Source: Oikopleura dioica
Lineage: Eukaryota; Animalia; Chordata
Length of the DNA stretch: 64,000 nt
Reading direction: 5' to 3'
Assembly: GCA_907165135.1 (NCBI GenBank)
Contig: CAJRAX010000010.1
Span: forward strand, 1 to 64,000
The translations under genes and the position numbers were made by a program. Each line of letters begins with the position of its first letter. The stretch's first letter is position 1. Below the pieces are notes generated by a model that did no database searches, was not told the DNA's origin, and saw only the letters and a program-made list of their open reading frames with translations. This document shows positions 1 through 14,800 of the stretch, in pieces.

Positions 1-3000
1 GAGATCATTTTTCTTGTACTTTTGTCACAATCTTGGGGTATTTTTCAACATCATTATTCGTCTCATCAGTTAAATTCCGCTGAGAATAACTTTTATATGC
101 TCTGCATGTCGCCGAAATTCGTCCTTATCATTTTTAACAGTGTACCACAGGCCACTCGGGGATTTAAACGTAACTTCATAAGGACCAATAAATGGAGGAA
201 TTTTTCGCGGAAATTTTTGATAAGAACTTTATCGCCTAAATTATATTCTTTGAACCGGGGATTATCAAATTTGTTCATTCTTTTTGTTTTTCTTGTTCAA
301 TTTTTGCACGAATTTTCTCAAAATCAACGTCGATTTTATCTCCGTATGTTCGCCAATAAGGGTCTTGAAAATGATGACTGCTTTTATACCAGTTTCTACA
401 CAAAATGGGGTTGTTCCGAGTACTGTATGTAGACTACTGTTTATTTCGTGAACAATTTCAAACAGAAAAATATCCCAATTCACCCAATTTGAACGAGCCC
501 TAAGCCTGGCTTTTATGGTTCTATTGACGTTTTCAACTTGCCCATTAGATTGGGGATGGCGCGGGGAATATAATGCACACAAATTTTGTTTTCTTTCAAA
601 AATTTTTCAATCAAAACGTGTTCCTTCGCGTTATCTAAAACCATATATTTTGGAAATTTTGGATTTCTAAATAATACGCTTCGAAAATTTTGCAGTAAAT
701 AATCCGATTTTTGCAAGATAAGGGCTCCGCATAAACTTTTGCTGAAACCGTCAATAACCACCATTACATATTTATGACCAAAATCAGTTTCTTGAAGTGG
801 GCCGATTAAATCGAAGTACAAAATTTCAAAAGGGCCGCTTGGTGTTTCAGATTTACCTAAGGGAGGTTTGTTAGGCTGTAAATTTGGTTTTGAAATTTGA
901 CATTTGTGACATGATTTAATAAAGCTCGCGACTGTGTTTTTAATCCCGGCCAAAAATACTTTCTACAAATTTTTCGGCTGTTATATCGATTCCAAAATGA
1001 GAATGATCATGATATTCGCTGCAAATTGTCTCTGTCAAAGCCTCGGGGACGCAAAATCTTTTTGATATGCTGGAGAGTTTATTGCTAGTTCCCCGGACTC
1101 AAGAATTTCAAGGTCAGGTCTACGTAAAAATATGGGTAAAGCTCACTAGCTGGGTTATTTGGCCATCTATCAATTTTAACGAAACGTCTTACTTGTGATA
1201 ATACTCGGTCAGATTTTTGAAACTCAACAAATGATTCAGGGGTAAACTCTATTTGATTGATTGAACAATTTAATGTATTACGACTAAGGCAATCACTTAT
1301 TTTCATTTGATGAGTTTTCTTTGTTCAATTCGAAATGAAAATCCCTGAAGCTCCGTAAACCATCTTTGAATTTTTAAATTACTTGTCTTGAAGGATTGAG
1401 CGTATTTTACGCAAGAATTATCAGTAATCAAAGAAAATCGACATAAGCAAGATAAGCTCTCCATCGTTCCATACATGTTTTCCCACTATATAGCTCTTTT
1501 TCCAATGTCCCGTATTTTTGTTGTGCCGGCGTAAAATTTAGCGAGTGGTAAGCTATCGGTTGCAAGCAATTATGCGAATGATGGTGATCTTTATTTCGCT
1601 CCGCGCAAAGATAAAGAACTCCACCAAGACTATGGTTGGATGCGTCAGTCTCAAGTACAAAAACACCGTTATTTAGTGGGGGGATTTTGAGCTCCAGAGT
1701 ATTATGGCAGATGATACTTTTGAGCTTTTCGAGTGAAATCGTCGCCTCTTTTGTCCAACAGAATGAACCTCTGTACGTTTTGGAAATTTCCACTCCCAGG
1801 GGTGCAAAATTTTTAATAAATTTTCTGTGCTGCGAAAGAAGTCCGAAAAGTGATTGTGCCTCCTCTCGGTTTCTTGGAATAGAAAGATTTTTAACCGCTT
1901 CGATCTTGTCCTGTGATGGCCGTATTCTCCCGTTAAAAATTTCAAATCCCAAAATGCATGCTTTTCGCTCAAAAAAACTCGCTTTGTCAATATTTATCCG
2001 TAAATTATTTTGATCTAAAATTTGAAAAAATTTAGATAAATTGGCTAGGTGTTCCTCCTCTGTTCTTGAATGGACCACTAGATCGTCAAGATATGCGCAA
2101 ATTTGAGTTTTTGGCGTGTCTCGTAAAATAACATCCATGCATTTTGCGAAATGAATAGGGGCATTTTTAAGACCCATCGGAAGCCTTTTCCAAGTAAATT
2201 GTCCGTCTTCAGTCGAGAAAGCTAGTTTTTCTCGCGATTTCTCATCCACGAGACACTGATGAAATCCTTTGCGCAAATCAACGCAAGAAAAAATAAGGCT
2301 ATTTTCTAAAACCCTAAAACGTCCTCAATTTGTTGCAGCGGATGATGCTGCTGAAGCGTAAATGAATTTAATTTCCTGTAATCAATACACAGTCTGAATG
2401 TACCGTTACGTTTTCTTACGAGTAACGCGGGGCTATTATAGGGTGAATTTATTCGCATTATTATGTCTTGACCAAGGTAGGACGTAAGAGTACCGGTCAT
2501 TACTCCCCGCAAAGCATATGGCGTTCTGTACATATTGCTACAAATCGGGCGATCAGTCTCAAGTTCAATCGAAAATTTTTCAAGGTTCGAGACAGGCAAA
2601 TCATCGTCCTCGTCTTGAAATAAATGGGTATACACACCAAGAAGATCAAAAAATTTTGGCTGATTGTTTTTCGATACATCGCCTATTTTTAACCGCGAAA
2701 GAAGAAAATTAAGATCTTTTTTTGAGGGCTTTATGCACGCGATCTCAGCTATTTCTGCCAGTTTCGCAAAAGCCGTGCCAGCAGGAATTTTCACTGTAGA
2801 ATTCAGGGGATTTATAATAAGAATACGAAAAATGGAGATTCGGGATCAACTCTCTGAAATGATTCTATTAATTCGAGCTTCGAATTTTTGAGCTGGCTTT
2901 TTCTAAAAAAGGTTCATTGATCTGTTCAAATGAGGAATTTTCAAGTCGATTATTTGCTCACTTTTGCCTCGAAATGTGAAATTTTGTTCAGAAACGGCAT

Positions 3001-3387
3001 AAAAACTGTCTTGCTCAATGTTATTTACTGTTGGGCTTTGTGATGAATTATTACATAAATTTGCCATACGCTCGATAGGACCAGATTTAAATAGACGATT
3101 ACGATGAAGATTGATCATTATTTCATTAGATTTCAGTGCTTCCGAACCGAGAATTGCCTCACAATTGTCATTTACAATATAAAATCGCGATTTACCCCAC
3201 TTTTCCGTTTTAACATGAAAATCACATTCAACAAAACCAAGAATTTCAATACTTCCTCCACCATAATTTTTAGCAAAAATATCAGGGCTTGAATTTTAAC
3301 GTTATCGGGAATAAATGATTTAGGCAAAAGATTAAGTTGGGAACCTGAATCGACAAGCATTTTTATTTTCTTTGAAAAAATTATCAT
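1..3387 (-). pseudogene. pol: pol (PR-RT-RH-IN) of A1, broken by many 1-bp frameshifts that are probably homopolymer sequencing errors
   Basis: ORF fragments 2306-2794, 1428-2276, 513-953, 265-582 and 93-278 match consecutive parts of the intact 1457-aa A2 Pol; the breaks I inspected are shortened homopolymer runs. Confidence 0.9.
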
Positions 3388-3467
3388 TTCTACAAAATAT
3401 TGTAATCCAATGCGAAAAATTGAACAAGTTCTTGGAACTGGTGCCTGACCAGGGCTTTCAGTTCCAT

Positions 3468-4565
3468 TTACTCGTTTTGAAGTTTCCTCTCCCTCGATCC
3501 GAGCAGCTCTGTAAATTCTATCGGGATTATCGGGACAAGCCGTTTTCATGTGGCCTTTTTCTGACAAAAGTGGCAGGTAATAAAGGGCAATGTGATCTAA
3601 AATGAGTGTCTGTGTTACAAAATCCACAAAATCGTCGAGGCCTTGGCCGATCCGAATTCGGCGCGCCCAAATTTCGACTTTGAAAATTCCGTTGCTGGTT
3701 ATTTTGGCGCGTCAAACTCTGATCGTTGCGGCGATCAACTTCTAATTTTGCAATTGTTGCCGTTAGTTTTTCAATTTGATCATGAAGCGCACACGCCCGT
3801 TTTTCCGCCGCCTCTTCTGATTTTTCTGTTCAATTTTCAATTGAGAAATTTGGTCCTCGAAGGACATTGTCGATTTCGAAATTAAGTCAGAAGTCGACTG
3901 AAAAAACGAGCCAAGTTTCGCGTCAATTTCGATTTGGGCAATTTTGGGGATAGTTTCATTTCGTTTTCTTTTGTCAAGAAATTTGGATATTTCCTCGGGG
4001 TTTTTTCAAGCATACACTGATCGCGAAGAAAATTCTGCAGTTCAGGCGTGAGCGATTTTCTAAATTGCGCGTCGATAATGTATTCTCTCGCGTCCGGTTT
4101 TTGCGTTATTTTCTCCGCGACTGTTTTAACACGTGACAAAAAATCTCGAATTTTTCATTGTTCTCGCTCTTTCGGGCGAGATTTTCCATTTTTCTTTGTT
4201 TCGAAGGATTTTTCCTCGGGCGATTCGTCGCCAAAAACAGACGTCAAAAAGACAATTTTTCCTCAGCTGATTCAAATCCATAAAGATCTTCCCCGTATTC
4301 CCTAAGAAATTCGGGCTCGCATGAATTGTAAACAAAAGAACTTGAAAGGCGCGAAAATTGAGCCTCGAGGTCCTCTTTGTTTTCGGGTTTATTTTCCGCG
4401 AGAGATTTTCAAAAATCCATTTTGCTCGCTGTAATTTGTCTTTTATTGTGGAATTAATCAAATTAAATTCAAAATTTCTCATTCCTAATCTTATCATTTG
4501 ATTCGGGAAACAGAAAAAAGCGCATGACTCTTGTACAGTACCTCTTCAGGAGTTGGGGTCACCAT
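3468..4565 (-). pseudogene. gag: gag of A1, frameshifted (probably artefactually)
   Basis: Collinear with intact A2 gag 34552-35661; ORF fragments 4126-4497, 3882-4139 and 3527-3715; zinc-knuckle coding sequence present. Confidence 0.9.
4555..4564 (-). promoter_or_regulatory. Primer binding site TGGTGACCCC (tRNA-Trp type)
   Basis: Directly abuts the LTR end; complementary to the 3' end (GGGGUCACCA) of eukaryotic tRNA-Trp. Confidence 0.85.
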
Positions 4566-5863
4566 GATACGGAAGCGGCTGTCCTGCAAGAATTTTGCTC
4601 GATCTCTAACTCTAGAATGCCAAGCCAAAACAACGAGAATTAAATTTAAAATTTGCGTGGTTTTATTTATGATTTGAATGACGGAAAAAGGCGCGACGCG
4701 GGGTTAAATAGCAGCGAGATTCGATCAGTGTTTTTGAACAAGCGGTTGTTTTTGAAAAACAATTTTTCTTTCGAAAACAAGGAAGAGAGCCCGTGGCTTC
4801 TTTTAGCGGTTTTTCTTGCGGGAAATCCTTTCGGATCGATTTCTTTTCGGAAGAGGAGCTGGTCGAACTTGCCAAGCAAGTTATTTTCAAAGGTTTTGGG
4901 AGCCGGCGCCGCGCGTGACGAGATAAAACGCAAATTAATTATTTTTTTCATAATAAAAAGCAGAAAATAATAACAGCCACTTAAACTTCTCACTATGTGA
5001 CCGTAGAAGTGACTGTTAATTATGATTGAAATAAAAAAAGGATGAGAAAAGTTAAAGAATATATACAAAATTTTTACAAATAAATTGAATAAAATTTGGT
5101 CAGGATTTTATAAAATAAATTTATCAAAATTGAAATCATAGAAGAAGCAAATTCCAAGGAACATACCCGGGGGAAGTTACTGTCGCGGTTCGCACCGTAT
5201 CTTCTCTTACGGATGAGCTAATTTGCGACAAGCGGACGCACTGACAGAGAGTTTGTCCGACCCCACGGCACCGAGATGATACGACGGTTTATCGGCTCGT
5301 TGGAGTAGTTGTTTTTGAAGAAGATGTTGACGGCTATCTTGTTGTAGAAGTTGAATCGTATGAACTGTCAATAATCGAACTTTAAAAATCGCAAAGCAAT
5401 GACAAGAAATATCAAGAAATAAAATAAACATGCGGTTTTGCGAATTGCATATTTTTGGATGAATTGACGTCAGATCGCACTAGAATAGTCAGAAACGAAT
5501 TAAGATTTTTTCCAAAGTATGCGTACATACACCTTAATCCTAGACTGAATGAACCCTTAATTAGTTTCCGACCCGTTGATTATGATGAGAGCATATGAGC
5601 ATTCCAATGGTAAAACGTATAGATCGTAAGGAGATGACATGATGATACGACAATTTTGGGTCAATCTGGCTCGTAAAAACTGACCATCTTTTCATTTTGA
5701 GTAGAATATCGTGAAATGATTTTTTGCAAATATGTCGGATCAATTTGGTGATACCAAGCTGACAAGACAAATTTAAACCAACGTAGAACCGAATTGGCGT
5801 AAATATTTGGCCGTGAAATAAAATTTTTTATTTGGCTTGAGGCGTTGTTCCCTAAGGATATCA
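4565..5863 (-). repeat. 5' LTR of A1 (1299 bp)
   Basis: Element-strand termini TGATATCC...CCGTATCA; near-identical to both A2 LTRs; satellite resumes with AACGC at 5864. Confidence 0.97.
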
Positions 5864-8800
5864 AACGCATCAGAATTTTTTTTATTTTTTTTCGATTTTT
5901 TTGAACTGTAAATTATCTGAAAACGCCAAAAAACGCATCAGAATTTTTTTTATTTTTTTTATTTTTATGAACTGTAAATCATCTGAAAACGCCAAAAAAC
6001 GCATCAGAATTTTTCTTAATTTTTTTTATATTTTTATGAATTGTAAATCATCTGAAAACGCCAAAAAACGCATCAGAATTTTTATTAATTTTTTTTCATT
6101 TTTATGAACTGTAAATCATCTGAAAACGCCAAAAAACGCATCAGAATTTCTTTTATTTTTTTTATTTTTATGAACTGTAAATCATCTGAAAACGCCAAAA
6201 AACGCATCAGAATTTTTTTTTTATTTTTTTTTTTTATTTTTATGAATTGTAAATCATCTGAAAACGCAAAAAAACGCATCAGAATTTTTCTTTATTTTTT
6301 CGTTTATTTTTATGAACTGTAAATTATCTGAAAACGCCAAAAAACGCATCAGAATTTTTCTTAATTTTTTTTTTTTATGAACTGTAAATCATCTGAAAAC
6401 GCCAAAAAACGCATCAGAATTTTTATTAATTTTTTTTTATTTTTTTATAAACTGTAAATTATCTGAAAACGCCAAAAAATGCATCAGAATTTTTTTTTAT
6501 TTTTTTTTGTTATTTTAATGAACTGTAAATCATCTGAAAACGCCAAAAAACGCATCAGATTTTTTATTAATTTTTTTTATATTTTTTTGTACTGTAAATT
6601 ATCTGAAAACGCCAAAAAACGCATCAGAATTTTTATTAATTTTTTTTTTTATTTTCATGAACTGTAAATCATCTGAAAACGCCAAAAAACGCATCAGAAT
6701 TTTTCTTAATCTTTTTTTTTATTTTTATGAATTGTAAATCATCTGAAAACGCCAAAAAACGCATCAGAATTTCCTTAATTTTTTTCGATTTTTTTGAACT
6801 GTAAATTATCTGAAAACGCAAAAAAACGCATCAGAATTTTTATTAATTTTTTTTTTTATTTTTATGAACTGTAAATCATCTGAAAACGCCAAAAAATCCA
6901 TCAGAATTTTTATTTATTTTTTTTTATTATTTTTATGAACTGTAAATCATCTGAAAACGCCAAAAAACGCATCAGAATTTTTTTTATTTTTTTTTTATTT
7001 TTATGAAATGTAAATCATCTGAAAACGCCAAAAAACGCATCAGAATTTTTCTTCTTTTTTTATTTTTATGAAGTGTAAATCATCTGGAAACACCAAAAAC
7101 GCATCAGAATTTTTTTTTTTTTTTCATTTTTATGAACTGTAAATCATCTGAAAACGCCAAAGAACGCATCAGAATTTTTTATTTTTTCGATTTTTTGAAC
7201 TGTAAATTATCTGAAAACGCCAAAAAACGCATCAAATTTTTTTAATTTTTTTATTTTTATGAACTGTAAATCATCTGAAAACGCCAAAAAACGCATCAGA
7301 ATTTCCTTAATTTTTTTCGATTTTTTTGAACTGTAAATTATCTGAAAACGCAAAAAAACGCATCAGAATTTTTTTTATTTTTTTTCGATTTTTATGAACT
7401 GTAAATCATCTGAAAACGCCAAAAAATCCATCAGAATTTTAATTAATTTTTTTTTTATTTTTATGAACTGTAAATCATCTGAAAACGCCAAAAAACGCAT
7501 CAGAATTTTTTTTTTTTTTTTATTTTTATGAAATGTAAATCATCTGAAAACGCCAAAAAACGCATCAGAATTTTTCTTCTTTTTTTTTTATTTTTATGAA
7601 GTGTAAATCATCTGGAAACACCAAAAAACGCATCAGAATTTTTTTTTTTTTTTCATTTTTATGAACTGTAAATCATCTGAAAACGCCAAAATACGCATCG
7701 GAATTTATATTCATTTTTTTTTTATTTTTATGAACTGTAAATCATCTGAAAACGCCAAAAAACGCATCAAAATTTTTTATTTTTTTCGATTTTTTGAACT
7801 GTAAATTATCTGAAAACGCAAAAAAACGCATCAGAATTTTTTTATTTTTTTTTGATTTCTATGAACTGTAAATCATCTGAAAACGCCAAAAAACGCATCA
7901 GAATTTTTCTTAATTTTTTATATTTTTATGAACTGAAAATCATCTGAAAACGCCAAAATACGCATCAGAATTTTTATTAATTTTTTATTTTTATGAACTG
8001 TTAATCATCTGAAAACGCCAAAAAACGCATCAGAATTTTTTATTTTTTCGATTTTTTGAACTGTAAATTATCTGAAAACGCCAAAAAACGCATCAGAATT
8101 TTTTATTTTTTATTTTTATGAACTGTAAATCATCTGAAAACGCCAAAAAACGCATCAGAATTTTTCTTAATTTTTTATATTTTTATGAACTGTAAATCAT
8201 CTGAAAACGCCAAAAACGCATCAGAATTTTTATTATTTTTTTTTCATTTTTATGAACTGTAAATCATCTGAAAACGCCAAAAAACGCATCAGAATTTCTT
8301 TTTTTTTTATTTTTATGAACTGTAAATCATCTGAAAACGCCAAAAAACGCATCAGAATTTCTTTTTTTTTTTTATTTTTTTGAACTGTAAATAATCTGAA
8401 AACGCAAAAAAACGCATCAGAATTTCTATTAATTTTTTTATTTTAATGAACTGTAAATCATCTGAAAACGCCAAAAACGCATCAGAATTTTTCTTAATTT
8501 TTTCGATTTTTATGAACTGTAAATCATCTGAAAACGCCAAAAAACGCATCAGAATTTTTCTTAATTTTTCGTTTATTTTTATGAACTGTAAATTATCTGA
8601 AAACGCCAAAAAACGCATCAGAATTTTTTTTTTTTTTATTTTTTGAACTGTAAATTATCTGAAAACGCAAAAAAACGCATCAGAATTTTTCTTAATTTTT
8701 TTTTATATTTTTATGAACTGTAAATCATCTGAAAACGCCAAAAAACGCATCAGAATTTTTCTTAATTTTTTTCGATTTTTCTGAACTGTAAATTATCTGA

Positions 8801-11800
8801 AAACGCCAAAAAACGCATCAGAATTTTTCTTAATTTTTTATATTTTTATGAACTGTAAATCATCTGAAAACGCCAAAAAACGCATCAGAATTTTTTTTTA
8901 TTTTTTTTTTATTTTTTTGAACTGTAAATTATCTGAAAACGCAAAAAAACGCATCAGAATTTCTATTAATTTTTTTTTATTATTTTTATGAACTGTAAAT
9001 CATCTGAAAACGCCAAAAAACGCATCAGAATTTTTTTTGTTTTTTTTCGATTTTTTTGAACTGTAAATTATCTGAAAACGCCAAAAAACGCATCAGAATT
9101 TTTTTTAATTTTTTTTTATTTTTATGAACTGTAAATCATCTGAAAACGCCAAAAAACGCATCAGAATTTCCTTAATTTTTTTCGATTTTTTTGAACTGTA
9201 AATTATCTGAAAACGCCAAAAACGCATCAGAATTTTTTTATTTTTTTATTTTTATGAACTGTAAATCATCTGAAAACGCCAAAAACGCATCAGAATTTTT
9301 CTTTTTTTTTATTTTTATGAACTGTAAATCATCTGAAAACGCCAAAAACGCATCAGAATTTATATTCATTTTTTTATTTTTATGAACTGTAAATCATCTG
9401 AAAACGCCAAAAAACGCATCAGAATTTTTTTATTTTTTTCGATTTTTTTGAACTGTAAATTATCTGAAAACGCCAAAAACGCATCAGAATTTTTTTATTT
9501 TTTTATTTTTATGAACTGTAAATCATCTGAAAACGCCAAAAACGCATCAGAATTTTAATTAATTTTTTTTATTTTTATGAACTGTAAATCATCTGAAAAC
9601 GCCAAAAACGCATCAGAATTTTTTTAATTTTTTATATTTTTTGAACTGTAAATTATCTGAAAACGCAAAAACGCATCAGAATTTTTATTAATTTTTTATT
9701 TTTATGAACTGTAAATCATCTGAAAACGCCAAAAATCCATCAGAATTTTTATTTATTTTTTATTATTTTTATGAACTGTAAATCATCTGAAAACGCCAAA
9801 AACGCATCAGAATTTTTTTATTTTTATTTTTATGAACTGTAAATCATCTGAAAACGCCAAAAACGCATCAGAATTTTTTTATTTTTTTTTATTTTTATGA
9901 ACTGTAAATCATCTGAAAACGCCAAAAACGCATCAGAGTTTTTTTATTTTTATGAACTGTAAATCATCTGAAAACGCCAAAAAACGCATCAGAATTTTTT
10001 TTATTTTTTTATTTTTATGAACTGTAAATCATCTGAAAACGCCAAAAAACGCATCAGAATTTTTTTTATTTTTTTTATTTTTATGAACTGTAAATCATCT
10101 GAAAACGCCAAAAAACGCATCAGAATTTTTTTTATTTTTTTTTTTTTATGAACTGTAAATCATCTGAAAACGCCAAAAACGCATCAGAATTTTTTTTTTT
10201 TTTCGATTTTTTTGAACTGTAAATTATCTGAAAACGCCAAAAAACGCATCAGAATTTTTTTAATTTTTTTATTTTTATGAACTGTAAATCATCTGAAAAC
10301 GCCAAAAACGCATCAGAATTTTTTTTAATTTTTTTTATATTTTTTTGCACTGTAAATTATCTGAAAACGCACAAAAACGCATTTGAATTTTTATTAATTT
10401 TTTTTTTTATTTTTATGAACTGTAAATCATCTGAAAACGCCAAAAAACGCATCAGAATTTTTATTTATTTTTTTTATTATTTTTATGAACTGTAAATCAT
10501 CTGAAAACGCCAAAAAACGCATCAGAATTTTTTTTAATTTTTTTTTTATTTTTATGAACTGTAAATCATCTGAAAACGCCAAAAAACGCATCAGAATTTT
10601 TTTTATTTTTTTTCGATTTTTTTGAACTGTAAATTATCTGAAAACGCCAAAAAACGCATCAGAATTTTTTTTTTTTTTTTTTTTTGAACTGTAAATCATC
10701 TGAAAACGCCAAAAAACGCATCAGAATTTTTTTTAATTTTTTTTATATTTTTTGTACTGTAAATTATCTGAAAACGCCAAAAAACGCATCAGAATTTTTA
10801 TTAATCTTTTTTTTTATTTTTATGAACTGTAAATCATCTGAAAACGCCAAAAAACGCATCAGAATTTTTCTTAATCTTTTTTTTTATTTTTATGAACTGT
10901 AAATCATCTGAAAACGCCAAAAAACGCATCAGAATTTCCTTAATTTTTTTCGATTTTTTTGAACTGTAAATTATCTGAAAACGCCAAAAAACGCATCAGA
11001 ATTTTTATTAATTTTTTTTATTTTTATGAACTGTAAATCATCTGAAAACGCCAAAAACGCATCAGAATTTTTATTTATTTTTTTATTATTTTTATGAACT
11101 GTAAATCATCTGAAAACGCCAAAAACGCATCAGAATTTTTTTTATTTTTATTTTTATGAACTGTAAATCATCTGAAAACGCCAAAAACGCATCAGAATTT
11201 TTTTATTTTTTCGATTTTTTTGAACTGTAAATTATCTGAAAACGCCAAAAACGCATCAGAATTTTTTTAATTTTTTTTATTTTTATGAACTGTAAATCAT
11301 CTGAAAACGCCAAAAACGCATCAGAATTTCCTTAATTTTTTCGATTTTTTGAACTGTAAATTATCTGAAAACGCAAAAAAACGCATCAGAATTTTTATTA
11401 ATTTTTTTTTTTATTTTTATGAACTGTAAATCATCTGAAAACGCCAAAAAACGCATCAGAATTTTTTTTATTTTTTTTCATTTTTATGAACTGTAAATCA
11501 TCTGAAAACGCCAAAAAACGCATCAGAATTTTTATTATTTTTTTTATTTTTATGAACTGTAAATCATCTGAAAACGCCAAAAAACGCATCAGAATTTTTT
11601 TTATTTTTTTTCGATTTTTTTGAACTGTAAATTTTGAATTGTAAATCATCTGAAAACGCCAAAAAACGCATCAGAATTTATCTTAATTTTTTCGTTTATT
11701 TTTATGAACTGTAAATTATCTGAAAACGCCAAAAAACGCATCAGAAATTTTTTTAATTTTCTTTTTTATTTTTTTGAACTGTAAATTATCTGAAAACGCG

Positions 11801-14800
11801 AAAAACGCATCAGAATTTCTATTAATTTTTTTTTTATTTTTATGAACTGTAAATCATCTGAAAACGCCAAAAAACGCATCAGAATTTTTCTTTATTTTTT
11901 CGATTTTTCTGAACTGTAAATTATCTGAAAACGCCAAAAACGCATCAGAATTTTTCTTAATTTTTTATATTTTTATGAACTGTAAATCATCTGAAAACGC
12001 CAAAAACGCATCAGAATTTTTATTAATTTTTTATTTTTATGAACTGTAAATCATCTGAAAACGCCAAAAACGCATCAGAATTTTTTAATTTTTTTATTTT
12101 TATGAACTGTAAATCATCTGAAAACGCCAAAAACGCATCAGAATTTTTTTTAATTTTTTATTATTATGAACTGTAAATCATCTGAAACGCCAAAAACGCA
12201 TCAGAATTTTTCTTAATTTTTCGTTTATTTTTATGAACTGTAAATCATCTGAAAACGCCAAAAACGCATCAGAATTTTTCTTAATTTTTTATATTTTTAT
12301 GAACTGTAAATCATCTGAAAACGCCAAAAAACGCATCAGAATTTATATTTATTTTTTTTATTTTTATGAACTGTAAATCATCTGAAAACGCAAAAACGCA
12401 TCAGAATTTTTAATTAATTTTTTTATTTTTATGAACTGTAAATCATCTGAAAACGCAAAAACGCATCAGAATTTATATTTATTTTTTTATTTTTATGAAC
12501 TGTTAATCATTTGAAAACGCCAAAAAACGCATCAGAATTTTTCTTAATTTTTTTCGATTTTTTTGAACTGTAAATTATCTGAAAACGCCAAAAAACGCAT
12601 CAGAATTTTTTTAATTTTTTATTTTTTGAACTGTAAATTATCTGAAAACGCCAAAAACGCATCAGAATTTCTATTAATTTTTTTATTTTTATGAACTGTA
12701 AATCATCTGAAAACGCCAAAAACGCATCAGAATTTTTTTTTATTTTTTCATTTTTATGAACTGTAAATTATCTGAAAACGCCAAAAACGCATCAGAATTT
12801 TTTAATTTTTTTATTTTTATGAACTGTAAATCATCTGAAAACGCCAAAAAACGCATCAGAATTTCCTTAATTTTTTTCGATTTTTTTGAACTGTAAATTA
12901 TCTGAAAACGCAAAAAAACGCATCAGAATTTTTTTTTTTTTGAACTGTAAATCATCTGAAAACGCCAAAAAACGCATCAGAATTTTTTTATTTTTTCGAT
13001 TTTTTGAACTGTAAATTATCTGACAACGCCAAAAAACGCATCAGAATTCTTTTTAATTTTTTTTTTTTTTGAACTGTAAATCATCTGAAAACGCCAAAAA
13101 ACGCATCAGAATTTTTTTAATTTTTTATATTTTTTGAACTGTAAATCATCTGAAAACGCCAAAAAACGCATCAGAATTTTTAATTTTTTTTTTATTTTTA
13201 TGTACTGTAAATTATCTGAAAACGCCAAAAAACGCATCAGAATTTTTCTTAATCTTTTTTTTTATTTTTATGAATTGTAAATCATCTGAAAACGCCAAAA
13301 AACGCATCAGAATTTCCTTAATTTTTCTCGATTTTTTTGAACTGTTAATTATCTGAAAACGCAAAAAAACGCATCAGAATTTTTATTAATTTTTTTTTTT
13401 ATTTTTATGAACTGTAAATCATCTGAAAACGCCAAAAAATCCATCAGAATTTTTATTTATTTTTTTTTATTATTTTTATGAACTGTAAATCATCTGAAAA
13501 CGCCAAAAAACGCATCAGAGTTTTTTTTTATTTTTTTTATTTTTATGAACTGTAAATCATCTGAAAACGCCAAAAAAGGCATCAGAATTTTTTTTTTTTT
13601 CGATTTTTTGAACTGTAAATTATCTGAAAACGCCAAAAACGCATCAGAATTTTTTTAATTTTTTATTTTTATGAACTGTAAATCATCTGAAAACGCCAAA
13701 AAACGCATCAGAATTTCCTTAATTTTTTCGATTTTTTGAACTGTAAATTATCTGAAAACGCCAAAAAACGCATCAGAATTTTTTTTAATTTTTTTATTTT
13801 TATAAACTGTAAATCATCTGAAAACGCCAAAAACGCATCAGAATTTTTTTTATTTTTTCATTTTTATGAACTGTAAATCATCTGAAAACGCCAAAAACGC
13901 ATCAGAATTTTTATTCATTTTTTTATTTTTATGAACTGTAAATCATCTGAAAACGCCAAAAACGCATCAGAATTTTTTATTTTTTCGATTTTTTGAACTG
14001 TAAATTTTGAATTGTTAATCATCTGAAAACGCCAAAAACGCATCAGAATTTTTCTTAATTTTTCGTTTATTTTTATGAACTGTAAATTATCTGAAAACGC
14101 CAAAAACGCATCAGAAATTTTTTAATTTTTTTTTTTTTGAACTGTAAATTATCTGAAAACGCGAAAAACGCATCAGAATTTCTATTAATTTTTTATTTTT
14201 ATGAACTGTAAATCATCTGAAAACGCCAAAAACGCATCAGAATTTTTCTTTATTTTTTCGATTTTTCTGAACTGTAAATTATCTGAAAACGCCAAAAAAC
14301 GCATCAGAATTTTTCTTAATTTTTTTATATTTTTATGAACTGTAAATCATCTGAAAACGCCAAAAAACGCATCAGAATTTTTATTATTTTTTTTTATTTT
14401 AATGAACTGTAAATCATCTGAAAACGCCAAAAAACGCATCAGAATTTTTTTATTTTTTTTCATTTTTATGAACTGTAAATCATCTGAAAACGCCAAAAAA
14501 CGCATCAGAATTTTTTTTTAATTTTTTTTTTTATGATGAACTGTAAATCATCTTGAAACGCCAAAAAACGCATCAGAATTTTTCTTAATTTTTTCGTTTA
14601 TTTTTATGAACTGTAAATCATCTTGAAACGTCAAAAAACGCATCAGAATTTTTCTTAATTTTTTATATTTTTAAGAACTGTAAATCATCTGAAAACGCCA
14701 AAAACGCATCAGAATTTTTATTAATTTTTTTTTATTTTTATGAACTGTAAATCATCTGAAAACGCAAAAAAAACGCATCAGAATTTTTAATTAATTTTTT

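Larger units (their letters stand above)
1..5863 (-). mobile_element. Ty3/gypsy LTR retrotransposon, family A copy 1 (A1), 3' part cut off by the window start
   Basis: Fragments of gag, protease, RT (YLDD), RNase H and integrase on the minus strand in gypsy order; 5' LTR at 4565-5863; sequence nearly identical to 31071-36958. Confidence 0.97.

Noticed and set aside
1636-2013. Antisense ORFs overlapping pol (also 32715-33092 and others)
   Set aside because: Shadow ORFs of the coding strand with no motifs; not conserved in family B
5930-5945. CENP-B box in the satellite core
   Set aside because: Two spaced CpGs are present, but the sequence does not match TTCG-N4-A-N2-CGGG
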